Shown here piece by piece: positions 16,337 through 26,448 of a stretch of DNA of 32,000 bases (position 1 is the stretch's first letter; every line of letters starts with the position of its first letter). The stretch spans positions 240,001 through 272,000 of the forward strand of contig NZ_JHXR01000003.1 in assembly GCF_000621645.1 (NCBI RefSeq). Reading direction: 5' to 3'. Both the position numbers and the translations under genes were made by a program. This stretch comes from Vibrio cholerae ATCC 14035. Its GTDB lineage: Bacteria > Pseudomonadota > Gammaproteobacteria > Enterobacterales > Vibrionaceae. Under the pieces are notes generated by a model. That model made no database searches. It was not told where the DNA came from and saw nothing but the letters and a program-made list of their open reading frames with translations.

Positions 16337-18967
16337 CTACTGAGCGCTAGGCGCGAGCTCTGCGACATGTTCAATCAATTTCTCGCGCAAGTGCTGCTCC
16401 TCCTCTTCATTGAGGCGCGTGCCTTGGGCGTTGGTCAAAATGAATAAGTCTTCTGCGCGCTCACCTATGGTCGTGATTTTAGCCGCATGCAAATCCAAGT
16501 TGAGTTCGGCAAAGGTTGCTCCGACGGTAGCCAGTAGTCCCGGCGTATCCAGCGCGACGAATTCCATTAAGGTGCGCTTTTTACTCTTGGTTGGTAGAAA
16601 ATCAACCTGAGTTTTGACTTTAAAGTGCTGCAAGTTACGAGGAATGCGCCTTGCCTTTTGCGTGGTAGGACGACCATCTTCCAGTACATGCACCAGATGA
16701 CGAATCAGTGCTTGATGGCGATCTTCTTCAATGGCTTGCCCATTTTGGTCAAGTACCATGAAAGTATCGAGTACATAACCGTCTTTACTGGCCATGATTT
16801 GCGCGTCATGCACGTTCAGATTACGTCGGTCGAGCTCGGCAACCACAGTCGCAAATAAAGCAGCCTGATCCTTGGTGTAGATAAAAACTTCCGTTCCGCC
16901 GCGAGTGGCTTTTTTGCTGAGTAAAACCAAAGGTTTGCTACTGTCTTCATGGCGTAATAAATGGGTGCAGTGCCACGCGATCTGTTTATGAGTATGGCGC
17001 AAGAAATAATCGGCTTTAAAGCGCTGCCACAACACCTCAATTTCACGGCTAGAGAAGCCTTCTTTGCGCAGTAAGGCAGAGGCCATTTGCTGGTTATGAC
17101 GAATGCGTTCACGGACATCGACGGGATTTTCTAGGCCGCGCCGTAGCGCGCGCTGGGTTGAGTAAAAGAGCTCTGCCAACAAAGTCCGTTTCCAACTGTT
17201 CCAAAGCTCAGGGTTGGTGGCGCAGATGTCAGCGACGGTTAAACACACCAAGTATTCGAGGCGCTCTTCATCACGCACTTTTTTGGCAAATTCGATGATC
17301 ACATCTGGATCGTAGATATCACGACGCTGCGCGGTGACTGACATCAGGAGGTGATTTTTGACCAGCCAAGCGACCAATTTCGCTTCCGGTTTAGATAAAC
17401 CGTGCTCAATACAGAAATCAAACGCTTCATCAGCACCAATTTCTGAATGATCACCGCCGCGTCCTTTACCGATATCATGGAAAATGGCCGCGAGGATGAG
17501 CAGCTCTTTTTTCTGAATTTTAGGGTAAATTTCACAGCAAATAGGGTGGCGGTCGTGGTTATTGGCATCACTGAATAGATGGATATGTTTGAGTAGACGA
17601 ATACTATGTTCATCCACCGTATAGACGTGGAACAAGTCGAACTGCATCTGGCCAACAATCTGGTTCCATTGGGGCAAATAAGCAGCAAGTACGCCCAGCT
17701 TGTGCATTTGGCTAAACGCTTTATGCAGTGCGTTGGGGTGGCGTACCAGCTCAATAAACTTTTCGCGTGCGGCGGGAAGGGTGTGCAGAAATTTATTCAG
17801 TCGGCGACGAGCCGTGCGTAATTGGCGCATGGTGGCTGGCGCAACCGATTCGATGGTGGAGTCGCTGGCCATGTGCAAAAACATATCCAGAATAGTTTCT
17901 GGACGAGCTTGAAATAGCGCGGGTTTACGCGCTTCAATCATATTGCCACGGCGTTGGAAGTCATCATCAATAATCACGGCTTCGGCTTCTTCACCATTAT
18001 TGAGGATCGCTTTATCGAAAATTTTCAGCAGCATTTTGTTGAGTTCAGCCACACGACGCAGGGTGCGGAAAAACTCTTTCATCATCATCTCTATGCCACG
18101 GTTGCCTTCACCAAAGTAACCGAGATGACGAGCAACTTGCACTTGATGCGCGAAGGTTAAGCGGTTGTCGTAACGTTTCAGCTCAATGTGCAGCGCAAAA
18201 CGCACGCGCCATAAAAAGTCTTGGCACTCAACCAGCTCACGGTATTCGGCATCGGTCAGAAAACCAAAGCGGCTCATCTCATACAAGGACGTTGCTCCAA
18301 AATGGCGGCGTGCGACCCAACTTAAGGTGTGAATATCGCGTAGCCCACCGGGAGTCGATTTGATGTCTGGCTCTAAGTTGTAGGTGGTGTCGTGATATCG
18401 AGCGTGGCGCTCTTTCTGCTCACGCACTTTGGCTTGATAGAAGATTTCACTTGGCCAGAAGGACTCAGAATGGATCACCATTTTCAGGCGATGAAAGGTC
18501 TCTTCACAGCCGCACAGTAAGCGCGCTTCTTGCAAGTTAGTGGCTACAGTGAGGTCGGCTTTACCGATTTCAGCACACTGTTCCACGGTTCGTACCGCGT
18601 GGCCAATCTCCAATTTTAAATCCCATAACAGGGTGAGAAATTGGCTGATTTTATTGGCGACTTGTTCGCTGAGCGGCTGTTGAGATAAGACTAGGAGATC
18701 GATGTCTGAGAGAGGGTGTAGCTCACCACGCCCATAACCCCCAACCGCGACTAAGCTCACTTCAACCAGCTCATCAAAGCCAAAAAATTGCCACAAACGG
18801 TGGAGTAGCAAGTCCATGTATTCGGAGCGGCCAAGCACTAAGTCGGTCACTGGATGGTGATCGAAAAACTCCTGCTTTTGGTATTCAGTAAAGCTTTCGA
18901 GCTGCTGCTTTAAGCTCTCTACCGTCAGTTGGGGTTCTTGAAATGTGATAGGGGATTGATACGGCAT
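16337..18967 (-). CDS. glnD: Bifunctional uridylyltransferase/uridylyl-removing enzyme GlnD (PII sensor)
   Basis: 876 aa, collinear with E. coli GlnD (…VAVGGYGRGELHP.SD.DLL.LS…YNLEPDIK..PGGLRDIHTL.WVARRHFGA…QFDLFH.YTVDEH…FHDI.KGRGGDHS…TVADI.ATN…, with C-terminal ACT domains). The ORF-track start at 18982 is a TTG; I use the ATG at 18967 (MPYQSPI…). Confidence 0.93.
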   Translation of the reverse strand: MPYQSPITFQEPQLTVESLKQQLESFTEYQKQEFFDHHPVTDLVLGRSEYMDLLLHRLWQFFGFDELVEVSLVAVGGYGRGELHPLSDIDLLVLSQQPLSEQVANKISQFLTLLWDLKLEIGHAVRTVEQCAEIGKADLTVATNLQEARLLCGCEETFHRLKMVIHSESFWPSEIFYQAKVREQKERHARYHDTTYNLEPDIKSTPGGLRDIHTLSWVARRHFGATSLYEMSRFGFLTDAEYRELVECQDFLWRVRFALHIELKRYDNRLTFAHQVQVARHLGYFGEGNRGIEMMMKEFFRTLRRVAELNKMLLKIFDKAILNNGEEAEAVIIDDDFQRRGNMIEARKPALFQARPETILDMFLHMASDSTIESVAPATMRQLRTARRRLNKFLHTLPAAREKFIELVRHPNALHKAFSQMHKLGVLAAYLPQWNQIVGQMQFDLFHVYTVDEHSIRLLKHIHLFSDANNHDRHPICCEIYPKIQKKELLILAAIFHDIGKGRGGDHSEIGADEAFDFCIEHGLSKPEAKLVAWLVKNHLLMSVTAQRRDIYDPDVIIEFAKKVRDEERLEYLVCLTVADICATNPELWNSWKRTLLAELFYSTQRALRRGLENPVDVRERIRHNQQMASALLRKEGFSSREIEVLWQRFKADYFLRHTHKQIAWHCTHLLRHEDSSKPLVLLSKKATRGGTEVFIYTKDQAALFATVVAELDRRNLNVHDAQIMASKDGYVLDTFMVLDQNGQAIEEDRHQALIRHLVHVLEDGRPTTQKARRIPRNLQHFKVKTQVDFLPTKSKKRTLMEFVALDTPGLLATVGATFAELNLDLHAAKITTIGERAEDLFILTNAQGTRLNEEEEQHLREKLIEHVAELAPSAQ

Positions 18968-19023
18968 AGCGCGTCCATGCAAGCGTTAACACGAATGGAG
19001 CCAATCTAGCAGATGGCGACGGA

Positions 19024-19056
19024 TAAAAAAATATCCCTGACCAGCAGGGATATTTT
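19024..19056 (-). terminator. Rho-independent terminator of map
   Basis: On the minus strand: AATATCCCTG-ctggt-CAGGGATATT followed by TTTTTTAT. It starts about 16 nt after the map stop. Confidence 0.75.
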
Positions 19057-19071
19057 CAATCGAAGGAAAAC

Positions 19072-19914
19072 TTAGGCGTTATTCAAGATGCGTGGCAGGC
19101 TTTCTTCACTACGTAGCGTCAGGATTTCACAGCCAGTTGCAGTGACCAAAATCGTATGTTCCCACTGGGCAGATTTTTTGCCATCGGCGGTGTAGACCGT
19201 CCAGCTATCTTCATCATCAAGACGGCAGCCAAATTTACCGGCGTTAATCATGGGCTCAATGGTGAAAATCATCCCTTCACGCAGCACAGTGCGGTCACTG
19301 TTTTTGTAGTGCACCACTTGTGGCTCTTCATGGAACTCAGCACCAATGCCGTGACCACAGTAATCACGCACGATAGAGAATTTAAAGCGCGGGTTGTTTT
19401 TGTTGTTGGTCTTGATGTGTTTTTCAATCGTGGTTCCAATTTCGCCCAATTGAACGCCCGGCTTGACTTGTTTCAGTGCCAAGTAAAGGCACTCTTGCGC
19501 CACATGACACAGGCGTTTGTCTTCAATCGACACATCGCCAATCAAAAACATTTTTGAGGTATCGCCGTGGTAGCCGTCTTTGATAACCGTAATATCGATA
19601 TTAAGGATGTCGCCATCACGCAGTACCGCAGGACGTTGGATCTGACCAAAATAAGTATCTTCACTGGCAGGAATGCCGTGGCAGACAATGTGGTTGATCG
19701 ACGTACAGATCGATTTTGGAAAACCGTGATAATTCAGTGGTGCCGGAATCGCGCCTTGAACTTCAGTAATGTACTTATGACATATCTGATCCAGCTCTTC
19801 GGTAGTCACGCCTGCTTTCACATGAGGTTCAATCATTTCCAGAACTTCAGCGGCTAAGCGGCCCGCAACGCGCATTTTTTCAATTTCTACGGCATTCTTG
19901 ATTTTTATAGACAT
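19072..19914 (-). CDS. map: Methionine aminopeptidase (type I)
   Basis: 280 aa with …IEKMRVAGRLAAEVLEMIEP.VK.GV.T.ELD.IC…CHGIP…DGD..NID.TVIKDG.HGDTSKMF…YCGHGIG..FHEEPQV.HY…FTIEPM.NAG…EHT…T..GCEILT. Confidence 0.93.
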   Translation of the reverse strand: MSIKIKNAVEIEKMRVAGRLAAEVLEMIEPHVKAGVTTEELDQICHKYITEVQGAIPAPLNYHGFPKSICTSINHIVCHGIPASEDTYFGQIQRPAVLRDGDILNIDITVIKDGYHGDTSKMFLIGDVSIEDKRLCHVAQECLYLALKQVKPGVQLGEIGTTIEKHIKTNNKNNPRFKFSIVRDYCGHGIGAEFHEEPQVVHYKNSDRTVLREGMIFTIEPMINAGKFGCRLDDEDSWTVYTADGKKSAQWEHTILVTATGCEILTLRSEESLPRILNNA

Positions 19915-20081
19915 CGGCTTTCTCTACTCACTTGTGAGCACACAAGGTGCTAGTGGCGCTATTGTAACAATGGACAGATGAAGCGCAAGAAAACAGTCGT
20001 CCGGCGTTAAAATCGAGTGGCTAAGTCATGGCTTTGCATTGGCTATCGACGAATTTTTTCTAGCCACACAGGGGCGAAATA

Positions 20082-20254
20082 TGATATAAAGCGCGCCGGA
20101 ATCCGGGTCCTTATTCTCCCTGTTGGCGAAAAGGATTGGGAACCACAAACCTAATTGTTTAAATCACACACATTCCGACACGTATTCCGGGGTGCTCCAA
20201 GTGGAGTCGGATATACGGGGGATGTGGAGGCCTAACCCCATAGAGGATTTTAAA
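20082..20254 (+). promoter_or_regulatory. rpsB extended -10 promoter (TGaTATAAA, 20082-20090) plus ~160-nt structured 5' leader (S2 autoregulatory leader of gammaproteobacteria)
   Basis: TG-n-TATAAA without a good -35, as recalled for E. coli rpsB. The leader length of about 158 nt compares with about 160 nt in E. coli. It contains paired segments (CCGG-aat-CCGG at 20095-20105; TCCGAC…GTCGGA at 20174-20212) and an AGAGGA SD at 20242-20247. Confidence 0.6.
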
Positions 20255-20983
20255 ATGGCATCTGTATCAATGCGCGATATGCTGACAGCGGGCGTACACT
20301 TCGGTCACCAAACTCGTTACTGGAACCCAAAAATGAAGCAATTCATTTTCGGCGCACGTAACCGCGTTCACATCATCAACCTAGAAAAAACTGTACCTAT
20401 GTTCAACGAAGCTCTAGCTGAGCTGGCAAAAGTTGGCGAGAAGAAAGGTAAAGTTCTATTCGTTGGTACTAAGCGCGCTGCATCTGAGTCTGTGAAAGAA
20501 GCAGCTCTAGCAAGCAACCAATACTACGTTAACAACCGCTGGTTGGGCGGTATGCTGACTAACTGGAAAACTGTTCGTCAGTCAATCAAGCGTCTGAAAG
20601 AGCTGGAAGTTCAATCTACTGACGGTACTTTTGACAAGCTGACTAAGAAAGAAGCTCTAATGCGCACTCGCGAAATGGAGAAACTGGAAAAGTCTCTTGG
20701 CGGTATCAAAGATATGGGCGGCCTGCCTGACGCTCTGTTCGTAATCGACGCAGATCACGAGCACATCGCTATCAAAGAAGCGAACAACCTAGGTATTCCA
20801 GTATTTGCTGTTGTTGATACTAACTCTAGCCCAGACGGCGTAGACTACATCATCCCAGGTAACGACGACGCGATCCGCGCTGTTCAACTGTACCTGAATG
20901 CTGCTGCTCAAGCGATCAACGAAGGTCGTAACAAAGACGTAGCTGCTGTAGCTGAAAAAGACGGTTTCGTAGAAGCGGAATAA
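20255..20983 (+). CDS. rpsB: 30S ribosomal protein S2
   Basis: [43 protein letters not shown]… is canonical S2, 242 aa. The ORF-track TTG at 20123 reads through the leader and adds 44 spurious residues. Confidence 0.96.
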   Translation: MASVSMRDMLTAGVHFGHQTRYWNPKMKQFIFGARNRVHIINLEKTVPMFNEALAELAKVGEKKGKVLFVGTKRAASESVKEAALASNQYYVNNRWLGGMLTNWKTVRQSIKRLKELEVQSTDGTFDKLTKKEALMRTREMEKLEKSLGGIKDMGGLPDALFVIDADHEHIAIKEANNLGIPVFAVVDTNSSPDGVDYIIPGNDDAIRAVQLYLNAAAQAINEGRNKDVAAVAEKDGFVEAE

Positions 20984-21053
20984 TCTCGGCTCTGAGTGAA
21001 ACTTAGGCTATCTGCCATGATTGTGTAGCATAGCCCAAGTTATAGTTAGCATT

Positions 21054-21083
21054 GGGGGCCGATAATGTAGGCCCTCAATTTTT
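21054..21083 (+). terminator. Weak hairpin/attenuator in the rpsB-tsf spacer
   Basis: GGGCC-gataatgta-GGCCC followed by TCAATTTTT, preceded by a second hairpin GGCTAT…ATAGCC (21006-21035). This is consistent with partial termination between rpsB and tsf. Confidence 0.4.
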
Positions 21084-21114
21084 ACCCAATCCAGAATTAA
21101 CTGAGGAATAGAGA

Positions 21115-21957
21115 ATGGCTGTTACTGCTGCTCTAGTAAAAGAACTGCGCGAGCGTACTGGCGCAGGTATGATGGAATGTAAGAAAGCCCTTGTTGAAAC
21201 CAACGGTGACATCGAGCTGGCGATCGAGAACATGCGTAAGAGTGGTGCTGCTAAAGCTGCTAAGAAAGCTGGCAACATCGCTGCTGAAGGCACCATCATG
21301 ATCAAAGAAGGCGAAGGCATTGCGGCTCTAGTTGAAGTCAACTGCCAAACTGACTTCGTAGCAAAAGACAGCAACTTCGTAGCATTTGCTAACCAAGTTA
21401 CTGACGCTGCTCTCGCTTCTAAAGCCTCTGTAGAAGAGCTGCAAGCACAATTCGAAGAAGCTCGTGTTGCTCTTGTTGCGAAAATTGGTGAGAACATCAA
21501 CATCCGTCGCGTTCAGTACGTTGAAGGCGAAGCTCTGGCGACTTATCGCCATGGCGACCGTATCGGTGTTGTCGTTGCTGGTTCTGCTGACGTTGAAACT
21601 CTAAAACACGTTGCAATGCACGTAGCGGCTTCTCGCCCAGAATTCCTGACTCCAGACGACGTTCCTGCTGAAGTGGTTGCTAAAGAACGTGAAGTTCAAG
21701 TTGGCATCGCAATGAACGAAGGCAAGTCAAAAGAAATCGCAGAGAAAATGGTTGAAGGCCGTATGAAGAAATTCACTGGCGAAGTTTCTCTGACTGGTCA
21801 GCCATTCGTAATGGAGCCAAAGAAAACTGTTGGTGAAATTCTGGCTGAGAAAGGCGCAACTGTTTCTGCATTCATCCGTCTAGAAGTAGGTGAAGGCATC
21901 GAGAAACAAGAAGGCCTGAGCTTTGCTGAAGAAGTAGCACTGGCGCAAAAAGGTTAA
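21115..21957 (+). CDS. tsf: Elongation factor Ts
   Basis: 280 aa. [52 protein letters not shown]… is canonical EF-Ts. Confidence 0.96.
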
Positions 21958-21975
21958 TCCTAGCGCGATTGCTCA

Positions 21976-22007
21976 GAAAAAGACCGTGGCCATGGCTGCG
22001 GTCTTTT
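21976..22007 (+). terminator. Rho-independent terminator after tsf
   Basis: AAAAAGACCGTGGCC-at-GGCTGCGGTCTTTT (long stem with G-U pairs) ending in TTTT. Confidence 0.7.
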
Positions 22008-22144
22008 CACGATTAAGGTGTTGATTCGTTAATGATTGAATCATAAAGCGTCGACTCGATTAACCGTGATGAATGGATTTTGGCCTAGCACTCAAATCTA
22101 TCCATGACTGTTAATCCTCAACTCTCTTTGGAAGGTAAACTCCC

Positions 22145-22876
22145 ATGACAACGAACCCTAAACCAGCTTATCAACGTATTCTGTTAAAACTAAGTGGTGA
22201 AGCGCTACAAGGCTCTGAAGGTTTTGGTATTGATCCAACGGTACTTGATCGTATGGCTCAAGAAGTAAAAGAACTGGTTGAGCTGGGTGTTCAAGTGGGC
22301 GTTGTGATTGGTGGCGGCAACCTATTCCGTGGTGCTGGCCTTGCCAAAGCGGGTATGAACCGTGTTGTTGGGGATCATATGGGCATGCTTGCCACGGTAA
22401 TGAATGGTTTGGCAATGCGTGATGCCCTGCATCGTGCTTACGTCAATGCACGTCTGATGTCTGCTATCCCACTAAATGGTGTGTGTGACGATTACAGCTG
22501 GTCTGATGCGATTCGCGAATTGCGCCAAGGCCGAGTGGTGATTTTTGCTGCGGGTACAGGCAATCCTTTCTTTACTACGGATTCGGCTGCGTGTCTGCGT
22601 GGTATTGAAATTGAAGCTGATGTCGTTCTCAAAGCGACCAAAGTAGATGGTGTTTACAGCGCTGACCCGGTAGCCAACCCGGATGCACAACTGTATGATA
22701 AGCTGGCTTACAACGATGTGCTTGAGAAAGAACTGAAAGTGATGGATTTGGCGGCGTTTACTCTGGCTCGTGACCATAAAATGCCAATTCGTGTCTTCAA
22801 CATGAATAAGCCAGGCGCACTTCGTCGTGTCGTTATGGGTGAAGCTGAAGGTACGCTGATCAGCGACGTGCAGTGA
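22145..22876 (+). CDS. pyrH: UMP kinase
   Basis: 243 aa, nearly identical in long blocks to E. coli PyrH (…[21 protein letters not shown]…[60 protein letters not shown]…). Confidence 0.96.
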   Translation: MTTNPKPAYQRILLKLSGEALQGSEGFGIDPTVLDRMAQEVKELVELGVQVGVVIGGGNLFRGAGLAKAGMNRVVGDHMGMLATVMNGLAMRDALHRAYVNARLMSAIPLNGVCDDYSWSDAIRELRQGRVVIFAAGTGNPFFTTDSAACLRGIEIEADVVLKATKVDGVYSADPVANPDAQLYDKLAYNDVLEKELKVMDLAAFTLARDHKMPIRVFNMNKPGALRRVVMGEAEGTLISDVQ

Positions 22877-22929
22877 TCCGTCTGCGAACGAAACGCTCTC
22901 GAAACGAAAACAAGAATTAAGGTGATATT

Positions 22930-23487
22930 GTGATTAATGAGATCAAAAAAGATGCGCAAGAGCGTATGGAGAAAAGTGTTGAAGCACTGAAAAATGGCCT
23001 GTCGAAAATTCGTACTGGCCGTGCTCACCCAAGTCTGCTGACGGGTATTTCAGTTGACTACTACGGCGCTCCAACTCCACTTAATCAGGTTGCTAACGTG
23101 ATTGCTGAAGATGCACGTACGCTAGCGATCACCGTGTTTGATCGCGAATTAACTCAAAAAGTTGAAAAAGCGATCCTGATGTCTGATCTGGGTCTAAACC
23201 CAATGTCAGCCGGCACCATTATCCGCGTTCCACTGCCACCGCTCACGGAAGAACGTCGCCGTGATCTGGTTAAAATCGTGCGTGGTGAAGCAGAAGGCGG
23301 TCGTGTTGCGGTACGTAACATTCGTCGTGATGCGAACAACGATCTGAAAGCGCTACTGAAAGACAAAGAGATTTCAGAAGACGATGAACGCCGTGCACAA
23401 GAAGAGATTCAAAAGCTGACGGATGCGGCAGTGAAGAAGATCGATGATGTGCTTGCTGCAAAAGAAAAAGAGTTGATGGAAGTTTAA
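22930..23487 (+). CDS. frr: Ribosome recycling factor
   Basis: 185 aa with a GTG start at 22930 preceded by AAGGTGA. MI..I.KDA..RM.K.VEA.K…IRTGRA.PSLL.GI.V.YYG.PTPL.Q.A…[22 protein letters not shown]…. Confidence 0.95.
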
Positions 23488-23505
23488 TCCACTGACTTGG
23501 TGAAC

Positions 23506-23537
23506 AAAACGCTGTGCTCGCAGCACAGCGTTTTTTT
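23506..23537 (+). terminator. Rho-independent terminator after frr
   Basis: AAAACGCTGTGCT-cgc-AGCACAGCGTTTT followed by TTTTA (13-bp stem). Confidence 0.85.
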
Positions 23538-23578
23538 ATGCTACTCTTGCGCCTCTTTGATTGTTCGTTGTGTTTCTT

Positions 23579-24331
23579 ATGCAAAATCTATCTCTTTCCC
23601 AAGATGTATTGCCTAAACATATTGCCGTCATTATGGATGGTAATGGTCGTTGGGCGAAAGCGCAGGGAAAACCGCGTGTTTTCGGCCATAAAAATGGTGT
23701 GGCTGCGGTACGAAAAACCATCTCTACTTCTGCTCGCCTTGGCATTAAAGCCGTAACTCTGTTTGCTTTTAGCAGCGAGAACTGGCGTCGTCCGGAAGAA
23801 GAAGTGGGCGTGTTGATGGAACTTTTTATGACGGTTCTTTCAACCGAAATTAAGAAATTGCATAAAAACAATCTGCGTTTGCGAGTGATCGGTGATAAAA
23901 GCCGCTTTAGTGAGCGTCTGCAAACGAAAATCGCGCAAGCGGAGCAGTTAACCGCCAGCAATACCGGCATGGTGGTCAACATCGCTGCGAACTACGGTGG
24001 ACAGTGGGATATCTTGCAAGCTACTCAAGCATTGGCTGAAAAGGTTACCCAAGGTGAACTGCAACCGTCGGACATCGATGAAGACGTATTTAAGCAGCAT
24101 TTGACTATGGCTGATCTGCCGGATGTGGATTTGTTGATCCGCACCAGTGGAGAGTGCCGCATTAGTAATTTTATGCTTTGGCAACTTGCCTATGCAGAAA
24201 TGTATTTCACTCCAGTCTTCTGGCCTGAGTTCGATGAAAACTGCCTGATTGAAGCAGTGACTTGGTTTGTTAATCGTGAGCGCCGTTTTGGCTGTACTGG
24301 TGAACAAGTCAAGGCATTGATGGAAAACTGA
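23579..24331 (+). CDS. uppS: Undecaprenyl (ditrans,polycis) diphosphate synthase
   Basis: …[23 protein letters not shown]…[18 protein letters not shown]…[11 protein letters not shown]…DL.IRT.GE.RISNF.LWQ.AYAE.YF…W P.FD…RERRFG. The start is set at the ATG at 23579 (250 aa). The ORF-track TTG at 23561 lies only 24 nt after the frr terminator. Confidence 0.9.
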   Translation: MQNLSLSQDVLPKHIAVIMDGNGRWAKAQGKPRVFGHKNGVAAVRKTISTSARLGIKAVTLFAFSSENWRRPEEEVGVLMELFMTVLSTEIKKLHKNNLRLRVIGDKSRFSERLQTKIAQAEQLTASNTGMVVNIAANYGGQWDILQATQALAEKVTQGELQPSDIDEDVFKQHLTMADLPDVDLLIRTSGECRISNFMLWQLAYAEMYFTPVFWPEFDENCLIEAVTWFVNRERRFGCTGEQVKALMEN

Positions 24332-24348
24332 ATATAGGACTTCTCAAT

Positions 24349-25191
24349 TTGAAGCAGCGAATCATTACAGCGCTTATTCTGGCGCCTTTGGTGATCCTTG
24401 GCATCCTTTATCTGCCTTTTGCTTGGTTTATGTTGGCACTCGCAGTAGTGACCTTACTCGGATTCTGGGAATGGACTCAGTTCGTTAACCAACCATCACG
24501 CATGTTAGCCATGATTCCCGCCTTATTGGTTGGTGGTATCAGTGTCGCTTTGATCGACTTTCAATTTCCGGCTATCAGCAATATGAATACGGCGCATTTT
24601 ATTGTGCTGGGTATCGGTAGCCTTTGGTGGCTCGTCTCAAGTGGACTGGCGATCACTTATCCGCGCTCGCGTCCATTATGGGAGCACTCCAGCACTGTTC
24701 GCCACCTGTTTGGCCTATTTACGCTGCTGCCTTTCTTTTGGAGTGTGTTGTTCTTACGCGCCGATACTTACCTTTCCGATCCTCTTTATGGTGCGAAATT
24801 AGTTCTCTTCGTCTGTTTTCTGGTCTGGGCCGCAGACAGCGGTGCCTATTTTGTGGGAAAAAGCTTAGGTAAACACAAAATGGCGCCCGCAGTCAGCCCG
24901 AATAAAACGATAGAAGGTTTGGTCGGTGGCATCGTCACCGCCATGCTGGTTGGTTATTGGGTAGCAGAGTGCTTTGGTATTCAATTTAGCTCTATGCCTG
25001 TCATGCTGCTGATCATCTTATTGACTGTGGTAATTTCGGTTTTAGGGGATTTGGTCGAGAGCATGTTTAAACGTGTTTCTGGGATCAAAGACAGCAGCAA
25101 TATCATTCCTGGGCACGGCGGCATTCTGGATCGGATTGATAGCCTAACGGCCGCTTTCCCTGTGTTCGCTCTTCTCTATTTCTTGTTCTAG
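24349..25191 (+). CDS. cdsA: Phosphatidate cytidylyltransferase (CDP-diglyceride synthase)
   Basis: 280-aa polytopic protein with …WEW…VW.ADSGAY..GK..GKHK.AP.VSP.KT.EG..GG…S.LGDL.ES.FKR..GIKDS...IPGHGGILDRIDSLTAA.PVFA… The apparent start is a TTG at 24349; there is no in-frame ATG near the N-terminus. Confidence 0.9.
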   Translation: MKQRIITALILAPLVILGILYLPFAWFMLALAVVTLLGFWEWTQFVNQPSRMLAMIPALLVGGISVALIDFQFPAISNMNTAHFIVLGIGSLWWLVSSGLAITYPRSRPLWEHSSTVRHLFGLFTLLPFFWSVLFLRADTYLSDPLYGAKLVLFVCFLVWAADSGAYFVGKSLGKHKMAPAVSPNKTIEGLVGGIVTAMLVGYWVAECFGIQFSSMPVMLLIILLTVVISVLGDLVESMFKRVSGIKDSSNIIPGHGGILDRIDSLTAAFPVFALLYFLF

Positions 25192-25194
25192 TAC

Positions 25195-25216
25195 TCAGGC
25201 TGCTTAGGCAGCCTGA
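25195..25216 (+). other. Intercistronic stem-loop between cdsA and dxr
   Basis: TCAGGCTGC-ttag-GCAGCCTGA (9-bp perfect stem) with no U-tract. It begins 4 nt after the cdsA stop. Confidence 0.4.
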
Positions 25217-25239
25217 TGTGAATAACAGCGATCTTCACT

Positions 25240-26448
25240 ATGCGTAAACTAACCATTTTAGGTGCCACAGGTTCGATAGGAGCCAGCACCCTTAAGGTGA
25301 TAGCCCAAAATCCACAGCAGTTTTCCATTGTTGCGTTAGTGGCTGGGGTCAACGTAGCCAAAATGTACCAGCTGTGCCAACAGTGGCGGCCGAAATATGC
25401 CGTTATGGCAACGGCGTCAGCAGCATCTGAGTTGCAAGGCTTGCTCAAAAACCAAGCGATGGCGACCGAAGTGCTGTACGGCGAAGAGGCGATGTGCCAA
25501 GTCGCGGCGCTGGATGATGTGGATACCGTGATGGCGGCCATTGTTGGGGCCGCAGGTTTGTTACCCACCATGGCGGCGGTGAAAGCGGGTAAGCGTGTGT
25601 TACTTGCCAATAAAGAAGCATTGGTCATGTCGGGACAGCTATTTATTGATGCTGTCGCACAATCTGGCGCTGAATTAATGCCCGTAGATAGTGAACACAA
25701 CGCGATTTTCCAATGTCTGCCGACTGAAATCCAAACTCAGTTGGGGCGCTGTGATTTATCTCAACACGGTATCGACCATATTTTGCTCACGGGCTCTGGC
25801 GGCCCTTTCCGCTATAGCGACCTTGCGACCTTAGATAGCGTGACTCCTGAGCAGGCGATTGCTCATCCAAACTGGTCAATGGGACCGAAAATTTCGGTAG
25901 ATTCCGCGACCATGATGAACAAAGGCCTTGAATACATTGAAGCTAAATGGCTATTTAACACGTCACGTGAACAGCTCAAAGTGCTCATCCATCCTCAGTC
26001 GGTGATCCACTCTATGGTGCAATACCAAGATGGTTCAGTGATTGCTCAGTTGGGCGAGCCGGATATGGCAACGCCAATCTCCTATGCCATGGCTTATCCT
26101 GAGCGAGTGACCGCGGGAGTGCCAGCACTGGATTTTACGCGTTTGCAGCAACTGACCTTTATGGAGGTCGATTTTGCGCGCTACCCGTGCTTGCAATTAG
26201 CGATGGATGCGTGTTTCCTCGGCCAACATGCGACAACCTCGCTCAATGCAGCCAATGAAGTAGCCGTTGACGCGTTTTTAAAGCGGAAAATACGGTTTAC
26301 TGACATTGCACTCATCAATGATCAAGTATTGTCCAAGGTCTGTGCGACCAACACCCAGTTACATTGCCGTGACTTGGAAAGCCTGCTTGAGCTAGATACA
26401 ATGGCTCGGCATTTTGCCCATCAAGTACTCAAAGAGCGCCAAGCATGA
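25240..26448 (+). CDS. dxr: 1-deoxy-D-xylulose 5-phosphate reductoisomerase
   Basis: 402 aa with …[15 protein letters not shown]…LLANKE.LV..G…[13 protein letters not shown]…LTGSGGPFR…[27 protein letters not shown]…IHPQS.IHSM…. Confidence 0.95.
   Translation: MRKLTILGATGSIGASTLKVIAQNPQQFSIVALVAGVNVAKMYQLCQQWRPKYAVMATASAASELQGLLKNQAMATEVLYGEEAMCQVAALDDVDTVMAAIVGAAGLLPTMAAVKAGKRVLLANKEALVMSGQLFIDAVAQSGAELMPVDSEHNAIFQCLPTEIQTQLGRCDLSQHGIDHILLTGSGGPFRYSDLATLDSVTPEQAIAHPNWSMGPKISVDSATMMNKGLEYIEAKWLFNTSREQLKVLIHPQSVIHSMVQYQDGSVIAQLGEPDMATPISYAMAYPERVTAGVPALDFTRLQQLTFMEVDFARYPCLQLAMDACFLGQHATTSLNAANEVAVDAFLKRKIRFTDIALINDQVLSKVCATNTQLHCRDLESLLELDTMARHFAHQVLKERQA

Noticed and set aside
21075-21503. 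142-aa minus-strand ORF opposite tsf (Ala/Ser-rich)
   Set aside because: It is the mirror image of GCU/GAA-rich, highly expressed codon usage in tsf. There is no independent support.
22022-22048. Fur-box-like / inverted repeat TGATTCgttaatgattGAATCA upstream of pyrH
   Set aside because: It resembles GATAATGATAATCATTATC only with an indel, which gives a poor match. There is no biological rationale for iron control of pyrH. It is likely just AT-rich promoter DNA.
23536-23982. 148-aa minus-strand ORF opposite uppS, together with similar antisense ORFs at 9752-10138, 13787-14215, 28434-28853, 17344-17754 and 3755-4242
   Set aside because: All are fully nested antisense to strongly conserved genes and have no recognisable motifs.
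25188-25700. 170-aa minus-strand ORF opposite dxr
   Set aside because: It is antisense to conserved dxr, with no SD or homology. It is a shadow ORF.
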